This document shows positions 35,940-48,924 of a stretch of 56,359 nucleotides of DNA, piece after piece. Under the pieces are notes generated by a model. It saw only the letters and a list, made by a program, of their open reading frames with translations, was not told the DNA's origin and searched no databases. Origin of the DNA: Nemertoderma westbladi (Eukaryota; Animalia; Xenacoelomorpha); NCBI GenBank assembly GCA_032718475.1, contig JAUCBJ010006733.1, positions 1 to 56,359 on the forward strand. Direction: 5' to 3'. The position numbers and the translations under genes were made by a program. Position 1 is the first letter of the stretch. Each line of letters begins with the position of its first letter.

Positions 35940-37790
35940 CAGTCGGTGAGAAGTCAAAAATTTGACTTGAGTCCAAAATTGGACTTCGACTCCAGTTCAA
36001 GTCCAAAATTGGACTTCTGTGAGTCCAATATTGGACTTCAAATCAGCCAATTGTTCCAGGGCCTTCGGTAATTGGATCGGGCTGGATTTTTTTCTTTTAA
36101 TCGAAAATATATCAAAAAATAAGAGTTTTGAACAGGGGGACCTGAAATTCACCAGGGGGAACTTTTTTATAAGGCTTTGAATTTTTACAAAAGTCCAATA
36201 TTGGACTTTACGTCCAATTTTGGACGCGACATTGAGAATCTAACTTAAATGTACATGAAGCATAACAGATGAGAGACAGCTATTAAGTTATGGAAAGTTA
36301 CCTTTGCAGCTCTCTGTATGTATCTTCAGTGTAACTGTACTTACAGACTTAGAATATAATGGTACATTCTAGGTACTTTGTACTTTACTTTTAGCATATT
36401 GTTTAGTATACATTCATGTTATGTCTAACCTTACAGCCTTATGTACCCAGGACTTTAGAGTCTTTAGGACTAGATTAGATTATGCTCCAAGAATTATATT
36501 TGGTGGAGACTGGTAGCAATGCCAGGTTTGCCAACTGCAGCTGCTGCTAAGGCTTACTACAGTACACGCTACGATTTCGTCTAAGCTTATGGCTGTATGG
36601 GAGCCCTATCAGAAAGAAATACTACAAGTTGATGCTACCACCATCTCTTCTAATTTTTCCATACAACAGGGAGGGTATTTTAAATCGGCTGGATAATGAA
36701 ATGGGATTAACTGATTAACGTGTTGGGGTCTCCACACTGCCACATAATAAGTAGCCTACAGAAGTTACACACGTCATAAACCAATTGAGGGAAAGGAACA
36801 GGTTACAGACACACACAGGCAGGCTTTTCTAACTAAAACAATGAACGGCCACTTTTGACTTTACCAATTGAGGTAGCCCTATCACCACATACTACTAACT
36901 ACAATCCAGCAATCGGCATGCTGCATTGCAGCTGTATTTTATATATATGGGCCCTATTAAGAATGCTGTGCCGGCTTATTGACAGAAGTGCGCCTCCACA
37001 ACTCCCTTACACTCTTACAGCCTTATCACCCATGACATTTGCTAGATCATCCGCATCTTCAAGGCCAGTGTCCTTTGAGACAGTAAGAAAGACTGAAAGA
37101 TGCGTCTCAAGAAAGTCATGGGCTGTCCACCATGCTTATTTACTCCATGAGGTGCACTGGCTGGTCCCCATGGCGAAAGCAATGTCCTGCAAATCGGAGG
37201 CGGCTTTGTTCTAGTGTTAAGCTTGGGGGAACTAATGAGACGCCTCCAACACCAATGTTATATAGTGTCTGGTTGGAGATGTGTGCATTGTACTTGACAC
37301 AGTGAACCCAATCAAAACAATTAGCCAATAAACATTAACTCAATAACATAATAGGTTACAGTTTACAGTAGTCTTATTTTTGCCATACGAAAATACCACA
37401 GGCTGACAGGTATGGTATGTATGAACTATACAGCTATAACTCAACTACCGCTACTGCGGTATATACCACTAAGGCAGTAAGGCTACCGCAAAGCCATACC
37501 ACTACCGCAAAAAGTAACTACTGATGTCTGACTGTACGTGTGCGATATGCGATCCCTGCTTATAATACTTATAATAATTAATTTGATCATTAAAATGATG
37601 TTGCATTGTAATTATGTAATATATATGTACTGATACGGGATGCAGTTTTGATTGAAATACCGATAAACAGTATGGCAGCAGGGGTACACTTAGAGTTGTA
37701 CTAAAGTCCAATATTGGACTTTGGAGTCTCAAATTGGACTTGAAGTCTAAAATTGGACTTGAAGTCCAATTTTTGACTTCTCACCGACTG
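35940..37790. mobile_element. Non-autonomous TIR element A (CAGTCGGTGAGAAG ends, 5-bp TSD TCAGA)
   Basis: TIR CAGTCGGTGAGAAGTCAAAAATT.GACTT; subterminal AGTCCAAWWTTGGACT palindromes; TCAGA at 35935-35939 and 37791-37795. Confidence 0.8.
36915..37299 (-). mobile_element. 3' fragment of the same RTE family as 28039-31420
   Basis: Aligns with ~28065-28408 (KYNAHISNQTLYNIG..SLVPPSLTLEQ.RLRFAGHCFR). Confidence 0.85.
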
Positions 37791-38592
37791 TCAGACTGTA
37801 GTATAAATGTAGGTACAATATTTAGCATTTAGTGTAGGCCTATCTGCCTATGCAGCTAGTACTGTCTGACTGTAGTGGGCTGGGCATGTACTGGTGCTGT
37901 AGTGTAAGTGTAGTGTTGTAGTAGTAGGCCTACTCTACCAGTCTACTGTATATCTATCTGTATATCCAATATAAATCAGTCACATACTGCAGTAGCAGTA
38001 CTGTAGGATACCGGTATATAATATTAATATTTAATTGTTATGGTACCGGTACCCATTTATTTAATTTTGGTTCAAATTGTTATTAATATATTATTTCATT
38101 ATTATTTGTGGTTATTAATTAAATAAATTGGAGATGAGCTGTTGCAACTGTAATTAAAGGTGTAATATTATGGGTTTGTTCAGTTAGTGGTTATTACAGT
38201 CTTCAGGTCTTAGTGTACCGGGTAGCTATGATGAACATCCTAAAATTACCCCTCGCAGTTATATTTAATATAAAACAGTCTGTGATATAGGCGATTTTGG
38301 ACTTGATCCAATTTTGGAACTTAGTCAAAATTCTGAAATTGGACTTCCATTCCAACCGTGCACGAGAAAATTTCACGGTACACCACAAAGACAACCGAAC
38401 GTTTTGCGCATCCAATTTTGGACTTTAGGTCCAATTTTGTCAATCAGCACTATACTACTGTACTACACTGTACGTACAGTATACACTAACACTGCAGTAA
38501 AATGGCAGAATGGGTAGTGTATTGTTTCTATTGAACAGCACATACTGACATAGCAGCACTTCAAGCCCACAGTTGTCTTTCTGAATGAAATT

Positions 38593-38820
38593 TATCTTAT
38601 TTACTCTATTTTGTTTCACTTTGTCAATGTACATACGTAAATAGATTTTAAAAACTCGAATGTCAATAAATATTATCATAATGTGAAATGAAGTCTGAAG
38701 ATATTATCTTATTTACTCTATTTTGTTTCACTTTGTCAATGTACATACCGGTAGCCTACGTAAATAGATTTTAAAAACTAGAATGACAATAAATATTATC
38801 AGAATGTGAAATGAAGTCTG
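38593..38820 (+). repeat. ~112-bp tandem duplication inside element B
   Basis: TATCTTATTTTACTCTATTTTG...AATGTGAAATGAAGTCTG occurs twice; the second copy has an 11-bp insertion. Confidence 0.9.
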
Positions 38821-38871
38821 CACTGCAAACCAACTGACCAACTCAAACCACCTAAAAAACGTGAATAAAAC

Positions 38872-41800
38872 GACTGAAACAATCCGATCAAACGTTTAAG
38901 AGACCTTTCGTGCAGCAGCAGCACATGGGGGGTACTGTAACAATCTGTTGAAATGATTAAGATACTTTCCATGTTCTTCCTGGCTTCACGCAGTATGTGA
39001 GATACTGAAACAATCCATTGAAACGTTTAAGGGACCTTCGTGCAGCATGTGGGGCACTGTAACAATCTGTTGAAATGTTTAAGAGACCTTTGTGCAGAAC
39101 GTTGGATACTGAAACAATCTGTTGAAACGTTTAAGAGACCTTCATGCAGCACATGGGATACTGTAACAATCTGTTGAAACGTTTAAGAGACCTTCGTGTA
39201 GAACGTTGGATACTGAAACAATCTGTTGAAACGTTTAAGAGACCTTCGTGCAGCACATGGGATACTGTAACAATCTGTTGAAACGTTTAAGAGACCTTCG
39301 TGTAGAACGTTGGATACTGAAACAATCTGTTGAAACGTTTAAGAGACCTTCGTGCAGCACATGGGATACTGTAACAATCTGTTGAAACGTTTAAGAGACC
39401 TTCGTGTAGAACGTTGGATACTGAAACAATCTGTTGAAACGTTTAAGAGACCTTCGTGCAGCGCATGGGATACTGTAACAATCTGTTGAAACGTTTAAGA
39501 GACCTTCGTGCAGCACGTTGGATACTGAAACAATCTGTTGAAACGTTTAAGAGACCTTCGTGCAGCATGTGGAGCACTGTAACAATCTGTTGAAACGTTT
39601 AAGATACCTTCGTGTAGAACGTTGGATACTGAAACAATCTGTTGAAACGTTTAAGAGACCTTCATGCAGCACATGGGATACTGTAACAATCTGTTGAAAC
39701 GTTTAAGAGACCTTCGTGCAGCACGTTGGATACTGAAACAATCTGTTGAAACGTTTAAGAGACCTTCGTGCAGCACATGGGATACTGTAACATTGTGTAA
39801 CAATCTGATGAAACGTTTGAGAGACCTTCGCGCAGTATGTGAGATACTGAAACAATCTGTTAAAACGTTTAAGAGACCTTCGTGCAGCATGTGGGGCACT
39901 GTAACAATCTGTTGAAATGTTTAAGAGACCTTCGTGCAGAACGTTGGATACTGTAACAATCTGTTGAAACGTTTAAGAGACCTTCGTGCAGCACATGGGA
40001 TACTGTAACATTGTGTAACAATCTGATGAAACGTTTGAGAGACCTTCGCGCAGCACGCGGCGTACTGTAACATTGTTAACAAGCTGTTGAAACGTTTAAG
40101 AGACCTTCGCGCAGCACGTGGCGTACTCCAACATTGTGTAACAAACTGTTGAAACGTTTAAGAGACCTTCGCGTAGCATGTGGCGAACTGTAACATTGTT
40201 AACAAGCTGTTGAAACGTTTAAGAGACCTTCGCGCAGCACGTTGGATACTGAAACAATCTGTTGAAACGTTTAAGAGACCTTCGTGCAGAACGTTGGATA
40301 CTGTAACAATCTGTTGAAACGTTTAAGAGACCTTCGTGCAGCACATGGGATACTGTAACATTGTGTAACTATCTGATGAAACGTGTAAGAGACCTTCGCG
40401 CAGCACGTGGCGTACTGTAACATTGTGTAACAAGCTGTTGAAACGTTTAAGATACCTTCGCGCAGCACGTGGCGTACTCCAATATTGTGTAACAAACTGT
40501 TGAAACGTTTAAGAGACCTTCGCGTAGCATGTGGCGAACTGTAACATTGTTAACAAGCTGTTGAAACGTTTAAGAGACCTTCGCGCAGCACGTGGCGTAC
40601 TCCAATATTGTGTAACAAACTGTTGAAACGTTTAAGAGACCTTCGCGTAGCATGTGGCGAACTGTAACATTGTGTAACAAGCTGTTGAAACGTTTAAGAT
40701 ACCTCCGCGCAGCACGCGGCGTACTGTAACATTGTTAACAAGCTGTTGAAACGTGTAAGAGACCTTCGCGCAGCACGTGGCATACTCCAACATTGTGTAA
40801 CAAACTGTTGAAACGTTTAAGAGACCTTCGCGCAGCAATTGGTGTACTGTAACATTGTTAACAAGCTGTTGAAACGTCTTAAGAGACCTTCATGCAGCAC
40901 GTGGCTTACTGTAACATTGTGTAACAAGCTGTTGAAACGTTTAAGAGATCTTCGTGCAGCACATGGGATACTGTAACATTGTGTAACAATCTGATGAAAC
41001 GTTTGAGAGACCTTCGCGCAGTATGTGAGATACTGTAACAATCTGTTGAAACGTTTAAGAGACCTTCGTGCAGAACGTTGGATACTGAAACAATCTGTTG
41101 AAACGGTTAAGAGACCTTCGTGCAGCATGTGGGGCACTGTAACAATCTATTGAAACGTTTAAGAGACCTTCGTGCAGCACATGGGATACTGTAACATTGT
41201 GTAACAATCTGATGAAACGTTTGAGAGACCTTCGCGCAGTATGTGATATACTGAAACAATCTGTTAAAATGTTTAAGAGACCTTCGTGCAGCATGTGGGG
41301 CACTGTAACAATCTGTTGAAACGTTTAAGAGACCTTCGTGCAGAACGTTGGATACTGAAACAATCTGTTGAAATGTTTGAGAGACCTTCGTGCAGTATGT
41401 GAGATACTGAAACAATCTGTTAAAACGTTTGAGACCTTCGCGCAGCATGTGGCGTACTGTAACATTGTGTAACAAGCTGTTGAAACGTTTAAGAGACCTT
41501 CGCGCAGCACGTGGCGTACTGTAACATTGTTAACAAGCTGTTGAAACGTTTCAGAGACCTTCGCGCAGCACGTGGCGTACTCCAATATTGTGTAACAAAC
41601 TGTTGAAACGTTTAAGAGACCTTCGCGTAGCATGTGGCGAACTGTAACATTGTGTAACAAGCTGTTGAAACGTTTAAGATACCTTCGCGCAGCACGTGGC
41701 GTATTCTAACATTGTGTAACAAACTGTTGAAACATTTAAGAGACCTTCGCGCAGCAATTGGTCTACTGTAACATTGTTAACAAGCTGTTGAAACGTTTAA

Positions 41801-42280
41801 GAGACCTTCGCGCACCACGTGGCATATTCCTACATTGTGTAACAAACTGTTGAAACGTTTAAGAGACCTTCGTGCAGCACGTGGCATACTCCAACATTGT
41901 GTAACAAACTGTTGAAACGTTTAAGAGACCTTCGCGCAGCAATTGGTGTGCTGTAATATTGTTAACAAGCTTTTGAAACGTTTAAGAGACCTTCGCGCAG
42001 CACGTGGCATATTCCTACATTGTGTAACAAGCTGTTGAGAAATGTTTAAGAGACCTTCACGCAGCACATGGCGTACTGTAACATTGTTAACAATCTGTTG
42101 AAACGTTTAAGATAACTTCACGCAGCAAGTGGTGTACTGTAACATTGTTAACAATCTGTTGAAACGTTTAAGATACCTTCACGCAGTATGTGAGATACTG
42201 AAACAATCTGTTTAAACGGTTCAAAGGCCTTCGCGCAGCACATGAGATACTAAAACAATATATTGAAATGATTAAGAGGT
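38872..42280 (+). repeat. Satellite array, about 60 units of 52 bp and 61/62 bp
   Basis: Core AACAA(T/G)CTGTTGAAACGTTTAAGAGACCTTCG(T/C)GCAG plus a limited set of related tails. Long units carry an extra AACATTGT(G)T. Confidence 0.95.
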
Positions 42281-42441
42281 CTATTTACCATCATAGCTAA
42301 AAACCCAATTCATGATATTGACTGATTGAATATATATTGTATATATATTGAATATTGATATCTGTGGGATAATCTTTTTAGGCTCATTAAACCAATGAAT
42401 GCCTGTTCACCACCTCGGATGAAAGCTAGGGTTGGTCTAGG

Positions 42442-42612
42442 CTGAAGTATTTAAAGAACTGTGCAGCTGTGCTCAAACAGTGCTGCCCCTGGTCAGCTGG
42501 TGCACCGTGCCCAGGCTGGCCCGCTGGCGTGCCCCATCTAGATGTCTAGGGATCGAACCAGGGCTTCCTAATTGGAAAGCCCAGGAATGTCACCAATAGA
42601 CCAAGCTGCTGC
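42442..42612 (-). mobile_element. Short tRNA(Gly-TCC)-like SINE with 10-bp TSD
   Basis: Minus strand A-box TGGTCTATTGG, CT-TCC-AA-like loop, B-box GGTTCGATCCC. TTGGTCTAGG at 42432-42441 and 42613-42622. Confidence 0.7.
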
Positions 42613-44303
42613 TTGGTCTAGGGTCTAGTTGCAGCTGTGCATCTAGCGTACAACTGTGCTGTACAGGATATAGCTCTAGTCATTCCCATAAAGCCTCATG
42701 GACAGACAGACCCCTGTACCTTGTTAGTGTTACAGCAGTCATCCTACATAGCATCGCTGTGCAAATGAAGTCCAATTTTGGAATGTATGAATAAATTTCT
42801 GCAAAGGCATGGTAGGAATATTGAATTTGGCACAAAAAACATATATTTATTGAAAAATGATAGAATTTATGATGGAAATATACTTGCAGGACTTTAAAAT
42901 ATTTTTTTTTTCATTTAGGATAGTCAAATTTTCGAGTGTATTCCGATTTCGGAATATACCCTTGCACAAAGTTCCAAAATTGGAATAAGTCCAAAATCGC
43001 CTATATCACCGACTGTAAAATGTTTATTGAGATTATAATACGACTCACTTCATGCACTTAGATTTTATTCGTATTAGACAGTTAGATTCAATAATAATGT
43101 TGCACTGTCTGACTGTGGTATCATAAACGGATAAATTCCATGAAACGGATAAATGATCCAGAGAAGCTAGCGGCAGTGGAACTATATAAGCCTCTTTTCT
43201 GTTTGTATGTGTATAATTTCTGTTTGTGTGTAGAATCTTGCAATAGCCTACGCTACATGTTTACCAAGTTCAGTTTAAGTTTAGACGGTAACAGGGAAAT
43301 GACAATTCGTTGGTACCCCTACTGCCCTACAGTATGTTTGCTCACTTTGTGGATCGCCCCACAATGACCTTCATGTTAGTGACCCAGTATACCACGACTT
43401 TCTCATATCATCATGACAGTCATGAGACATTACTAAACTGTAGTTCCAGTCCTGCAGTTGGTTGCCTAAGTCAAGAACACTACAGATGGTGAGATACAGT
43501 ACAGTCTGACAGTATAGACAGATAGATACCGTACCGTATAATATATATAATATAGATATAACAGTATAAGTACTGTAGTACACAATAACAAATAATTCAG
43601 GTATATGTATATGCATGCATATACACAGATTACAGATATAGACGATATAGTAAGGATAAGCAGATAAGGACAATGTGTACTAACTGACTAAGCTCAGAAG
43701 CTGCTAAGTACTTCAATACAGTACTGCAGTAGTACAAGTTGGATAAGGATGGCCCATTACGTTCTACAAGTAAAGGCTGGGTGACCTCTTGTAAATTAGC
43801 CTAACAACTTAAGCCGTATTTTACATTGCATTGGTTTATATTATGATGACTATGAACATTGAACAAGGCCTTATTTTATATTGAACGCCATGGATTCACT
43901 AAATACTAGAATGCCAATGTGCCTTTCATTATTGATAGTATCAATAGTAACAATTGCGCCAATAAAAGATAGTTTATTTTCGGTAAAATAAACTTATCAT
44001 TCGAGGTTAAGACCCCTAGATCCCTTCCTATAATAAAGTGCCTTTCAACCTTTAGGGAACTCTTAAGGATTTATACTACCGGTACAGTTCCCCTAAGGCC
44101 TAAAGCACTAAGGCAACGCTGGATGCTATTATTTAGGTACCTGGAAAATGCCAAAGTGCCTTTTGGGAACTATTCGTGTGACTTAGCCACATGTCAAAAT
44201 TACCGTTTTTAGAATTTTGCGATTGTTTGCCATCTTTTTTGTTCCTTTGAGGCTTTGTGGACCTGCAGACCTATGTCAGTATGTGGTCTTTTATTGCCTT
44301 TTG

Positions 44304-46705
44304 CAGTCAGGGAGATCATCAATTTTGGGGTTACCCCAAATTTCGAATTCTGGTAATAGACTGTCGAAAATTGGGGTTTTTTGTTCAAATTTGAGGTATT
44401 TTTAGGCTCATAATATCGAGTGTTGCTGCGAATTAGGGAAACTATTGGAGCAACTTCTACTTTAATATGTTAAAATATAATGTAAAATAAGATCTTTTAT
44501 CGATGCAATAAAATATTTCACCGATGCAAACATGCTTTTATTGGGGGCGAAAATTGAAATTTGAGGTTAAACCTCAAATTTGAGACAAAACCTCAAACCA
44601 GCCTTTACAACATCACCAGCCTGTCAGCAGTAGGGTGTAGCAGTAGGCTTTGCTGCTTAGTGCTTATAGAGCTTGGAGAGAATGGGTGACCAGTGTAACC
44701 TGTGACATGACATGTATGCAGGGTAGGCTTAACCTTACAGCACAGTAACTTACAGTCAATAACTTTAATGATTGTTAACTCCGTTAGTGATTGGTGAGAA
44801 AAATGCAGAAGACTAGAGAAATTCGCTATCCTTACAGCCTTACTGTTGGTAAGAAGAACAGTAGACCAAATCCTCACTGTTGCGAGATTCAAGCTCACAC
44901 AGCTGCACAGTCACAGACTCAGGAAGACCTACTATATCTTGTGGATGTTGAATCAATTCCAGAATTTGGAAGTTTACATATTCTGGCATTCATCTGTTCT
45001 GTTCATCATTCATATCACACATCTTCGGAAAAAAAATATGTTTTCTGGTTGTTGATGTCCTCTTTCAAACTTTGTATATCAAATGAAGCCATTCCTCTCC
45101 TGATAGCCTGAAGACTTATGTAATATTCGCCTGCCCTAGCTCTATCTGTCAATTGAAATACTGTACCATCAGTTTGGAGCCCAGACAAATGTTGCCGCAA
45201 AGGTTGACAGGTTGATGTGGTTTATACAATATATGTGGACTTGATTCTTCTGTTAGTTATTCTATATGACTGGCAACTGGAGACTCTAAAGTTGGAACCA
45301 CCACCTACTGCAGTATACAATAATACATCAATTAAAGTTCAATTTGATAATGTACTTTAAACTTATATGTAAAGATCTAAACCTGATCCTCCATTACAAC
45401 AATGTGCAACATAATATCCCAGCCAGACATCCAATGCAATCATGACCTGGCCATATATATAAAGTTATGAAGCAAAGGCCAAATTGACCTTATAAATTGA
45501 CCTTATGAGGAACCCGAATCATTTATAACTTGGGCAAGTATAACCTTTTTCACCAACCTATTCTCGAGGCTTTATCTCATTTCTGGAGTAAACCTTGCAG
45601 GCACTAAAGTTGCATTGCAATAGTCGATAGTGTGTAGGGATGGATTTTGCTTTTTATTCCAAAATTTTAACATTACGAAATGATTGTACATATACATTTC
45701 GATCAAAAATTTTGATAACACTTTCAATGAAATTTTAGAAATTCCACCAAAAATATTTTGGCACTTGTGTCAAATCAAATAGGTGACCCTCCTAATCTGC
45801 TAATCCTGAAATCACCAGCTAATGCTGAAATTTAGTGCAGGTGATATCAATATTCCTAACTCTTGTTTATTGTTTTTTTGGTTACTTTCAACTCACCTCT
45901 GTAACCTGCTCATTTTCTAACCCTGTAACCGGACACTAGTGAAAGTGACTTTAGTTTTGGTGATTTCAGGATTAGCAGAATAGGAGCTAGGAGGGTCTCC
46001 TACAGCCCTATTTGACTCAAGTGCCAATGTTTTATTTTACTTTTTTTACCGGGAGAAAAAGTAAAATCAATGCAAAATTATGGCTCTATGGTGCATTATC
46101 AGATTATTATGTGGCAATATTATTCAATATTATTGCAGCAGGTTGCTGTGTTGCCGACTTTGCAAAAGCTGTGCCCAACAAAAGTTACAATATACAGATA
46201 TTATGGGGACAACTTTTTCCCTACTAATGGGGAAAAAAAGTAGGCCTACTACTTTTTCTCCCGATTTTAGGGCATATTCAAGCCAAAAAGTAACAATATA
46301 AAAATATAAGTTCTTTAAGCTTTGTACTTCGTTTTATATGTCTACCATCTGATCAGCCACCCCACTGCACCCCTACCAGTAGCCTTTTTAAGTACCGGTA
46401 TAAGCCTTTTTAAACTATTACTGAATATGTTTTAAATATTATATTTCACAACACTCAGACACTACCCTAGGCCTACATCAGTTTATTTTTTTACCTTTGC
46501 AATACAGTAACAAGCTAACAACTACTGAACTAGGGCAACTATGACTTCTGTCTGTATCTGACTATGCTGCTATAAAATTCAAATTTGGGGTATAACTCAA
46601 ATTTAGAGAATTAACCTAACCTTGTATTAAATTTGAGGTAATTCCAAAATTGGGTCTATAATTTGAAATTTGAGGTATTCTCAAATTTGATGATCTCCCT
46701 GACTG
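44304..46705. mobile_element. TIR element C (CAGTCAGGGAGATCATCAA ends, imperfect 5-bp TSD T[T/C]TTG)
   Basis: 19-bp perfect TIR plus subterminal AAATTTGAGGT repeats. Flanks TTTTG (44299-44303) and TCTTG (46706-46710). Confidence 0.75.
45757..46028. mobile_element. Small MITE nested in element C
   Basis: TTGGCACTTG.GTCAAAT...TCTGCTAATCCTGAAATCACCA vs TGGTGATTTCAGGATTAGCAGA...ATTTGACTCAAGTGCCAA. Confidence 0.65.
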
Positions 46706-48924
46706 TCTTGGGCCCTTTTTGGTTACCTAATTCTTGAATTCACCTCCAAGCTTCAACCTGCCAGTGTCAGACATTTCTGTTGTCTGTTCCTTTGTGACAC
46801 TTATTGTATTTATGATGGTGTTTTATGATATTTTGGTGTACTTTGCGTGATTTGTATATTGTGTACTGCTTTACTCGTACTGTACTGTACGCGTACGGTT
46901 ACGGTATTTCACACAGGCTTAAGGTATACACATCGACTAAATATTACTGCATTATAGCAGTAGCTGAGTATAGCAGGCCTGTCCTATATTCCTTATTGCC
47001 AATCCCAACTAATTTATTGTTGATTAAGTTCAGAAGTTAGTGTAGGAAGTTGATACCTTTGTACTTCGATACACGCAATTTTGATGGACATATGAATGTC
47101 TATGGAATGCAATGTTTATCGCATCATCTCTATGACCTTTCCTTTGTGATAGCCGGTAACTTTTCCGTTGTTCCGTATTACTGTATTACTGTTTAGTGTA
47201 CCTACAGATTTAAGGTAGTTCATTAGTTCATATGTTTTATTATCTTATAATCAATCACGGACCAACCGGGTTGTATATATACCACTGTTTATTTGTTTAT
47301 TTTATTTTATTTATTCTAACGGTATATGGTACGGGACTTTCTTATTTTATGAGGCTATTTCAAATCTGCAATAATTGGATTAGGACTGGACGACCGAATA
47401 CCGACGGGTATGTTTTACACCCTTTTTACCTTTTTCTCAGACATTTACCTTTTTTTACCTTTCCGTTTTTTTTGTGAAGATTTGTAGAATTTTATGGAAG
47501 GCGTTTATTTGAGGGGGCGCTTATTAGAGACAGGGCGTTTATTCGAGTAATTACGGTAATTTAATTTTAGTGGGCTAATTAAATTTTATGAAATTTATGT
47601 GCCTTTTTTACCTTTTTTTTTTTTATTTGCCGGGTACCGGTACATCAAATACCTTTCCACCTTTTTTTATTGCTCAAAATCCCCCTGCGAGGGATGATAT
47701 TATTTAATAATTGAATGAAAGTAAAATAATGTAAAATCAATCTAAAAAACGTCATAATTATAGTATAGGAAAGTTGTAAAAACTAGTCGTTAATGCATTT
47801 CATTAAACATTTTCAGAACGATAAAAGGTTTAATTATTTAATGTAAATAAAGACGGTTGTGTATGGGATATGAATACTACAGTAGGTGAAGTAACAGCTG
47901 GTACCATTTTGTTTGAATATCAGACGAAATTTTTTGGAAATTTGTTGCATAGGCTACCCATTGAATTCACTTTAAATAACGAGGCGGCAGTGAATTTTCC
48001 TGCGTTGCAAATGTTGAAATGTATCTTACACTTGGTAAGTATATGTTAAGAAATTGTTAATTTATCCTTTTTCGCCAATTCCGGTCGGAATTAGGCAAAC
48101 ACCGCCGTAATTCCGGGACATCCCTATTATTAGTTACACCGCAGTTGTTCTTCAAACTTATAGTGATTGGTACCGATGGAAAGCTGGCCATGAAATTATT
48201 TCAAATATGGAAAAATTCATCTGAATTTGGTTGGAAATTAGCTGCGATATGGGCAATCGAAAGTTGCATGTATTTACGTACTCTGCTCTCCAGGCTATTT
48301 ATTTTGTATAATAAATACACCATATTCTAGAACGTTTTGTTTTGTATGAATAGCTACCCATGGCCATGATGAGCTACCTAATAATATACTGCTATAGATA
48401 ATTGCATCGTTGCCCAGCTACTTATGAGATAAATAACATGTTACAGAACGTTGGGAATTTATTAAGTCGAATAAATGGCTTCATTGGATGCAAAATTATG
48501 CAACATTAAAATCGCTCCCTATCATATCCCATACCGGTATCCCAGTTATTTTCCAACCAAATTCAAATAATACATTAAATAATACTAACAATATTAATAG
48601 TACAATACATTCAATAAATTTTACTTATATGGAATTCTTATTATATATGGCCAGTTTTCCATCGGTACCTTCAAACTCAAATCACAGGAATAACTGCATG
48701 TGCAATGTGCAATATCGACGGAGACATTTTTTCCAAGCGCTTGGGCCTATATATAAAGATTGAAAAATAAAAGAATTATTCTGGCTCACCCAGGAAGGAT
48801 GATCGAGGTAAAACTATCTCTGTTTCAGAATTCAGGTAATAGTTATACCTCCCGTCCAACTGGGTCAGTCAGTTTATTATTCTATTCATCTGAACCGCAA
48901 TAATCGATGTAGTGGGGGAGAAGT

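Larger units (their letters stand above)
38276..43015. mobile_element. Non-autonomous TIR element B (CAGTC[G/T]GTGATATAGG ends, 5-bp TSD TAAAA) carrying a satellite
   Basis: ~47-bp TIR CAGTC.GTGATATAGGCGATTTTGGACTT..TCCAATTTTGGAACTT; TAAAA at 38271-38275 and 43016-43020. Confidence 0.85.
35806..44178. mobile_element. Possible old TIR element (or two inverted copies of a repeat) bracketing the nested cluster
   Basis: 35807-35935 is reverse-complementary, with insertions, to 44083-44176 (CGAATAGTTCC.AAAAGGCACTT.GGCATTTTCCAGGTA...CCTAAATAAT.GCATCCA...TGCCTTAGTGC). No TSD seen. Confidence 0.5.

Noticed and set aside
39651-41660. Multiple ORFs in the satellite
   Set aside because: Translations of tandem repeats with no protein features.
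38872-42280. CRISPR-like array (constant ~37-bp repeat containing GTTGAAAC with variable intervals)
   Set aside because: The intervals are short, related to each other and reused many times; no cas genes; eukaryotic context.
42545-42612. Genuine tRNA-Gly gene
   Set aside because: Poor acceptor and anticodon stems, a non-tRNA tail and a TSD indicate a SINE.
44800-45200. Possible transposase exon remnants inside element C
   Set aside because: Coding-like composition but interrupted, with no DDE or other motif recognisable by eye.
47498-47558. Tc1/pogo-like TIR end (GGCGTTTATTCGAGTAATTACGGTA)
   Set aside because: No partner TIR found in the window.
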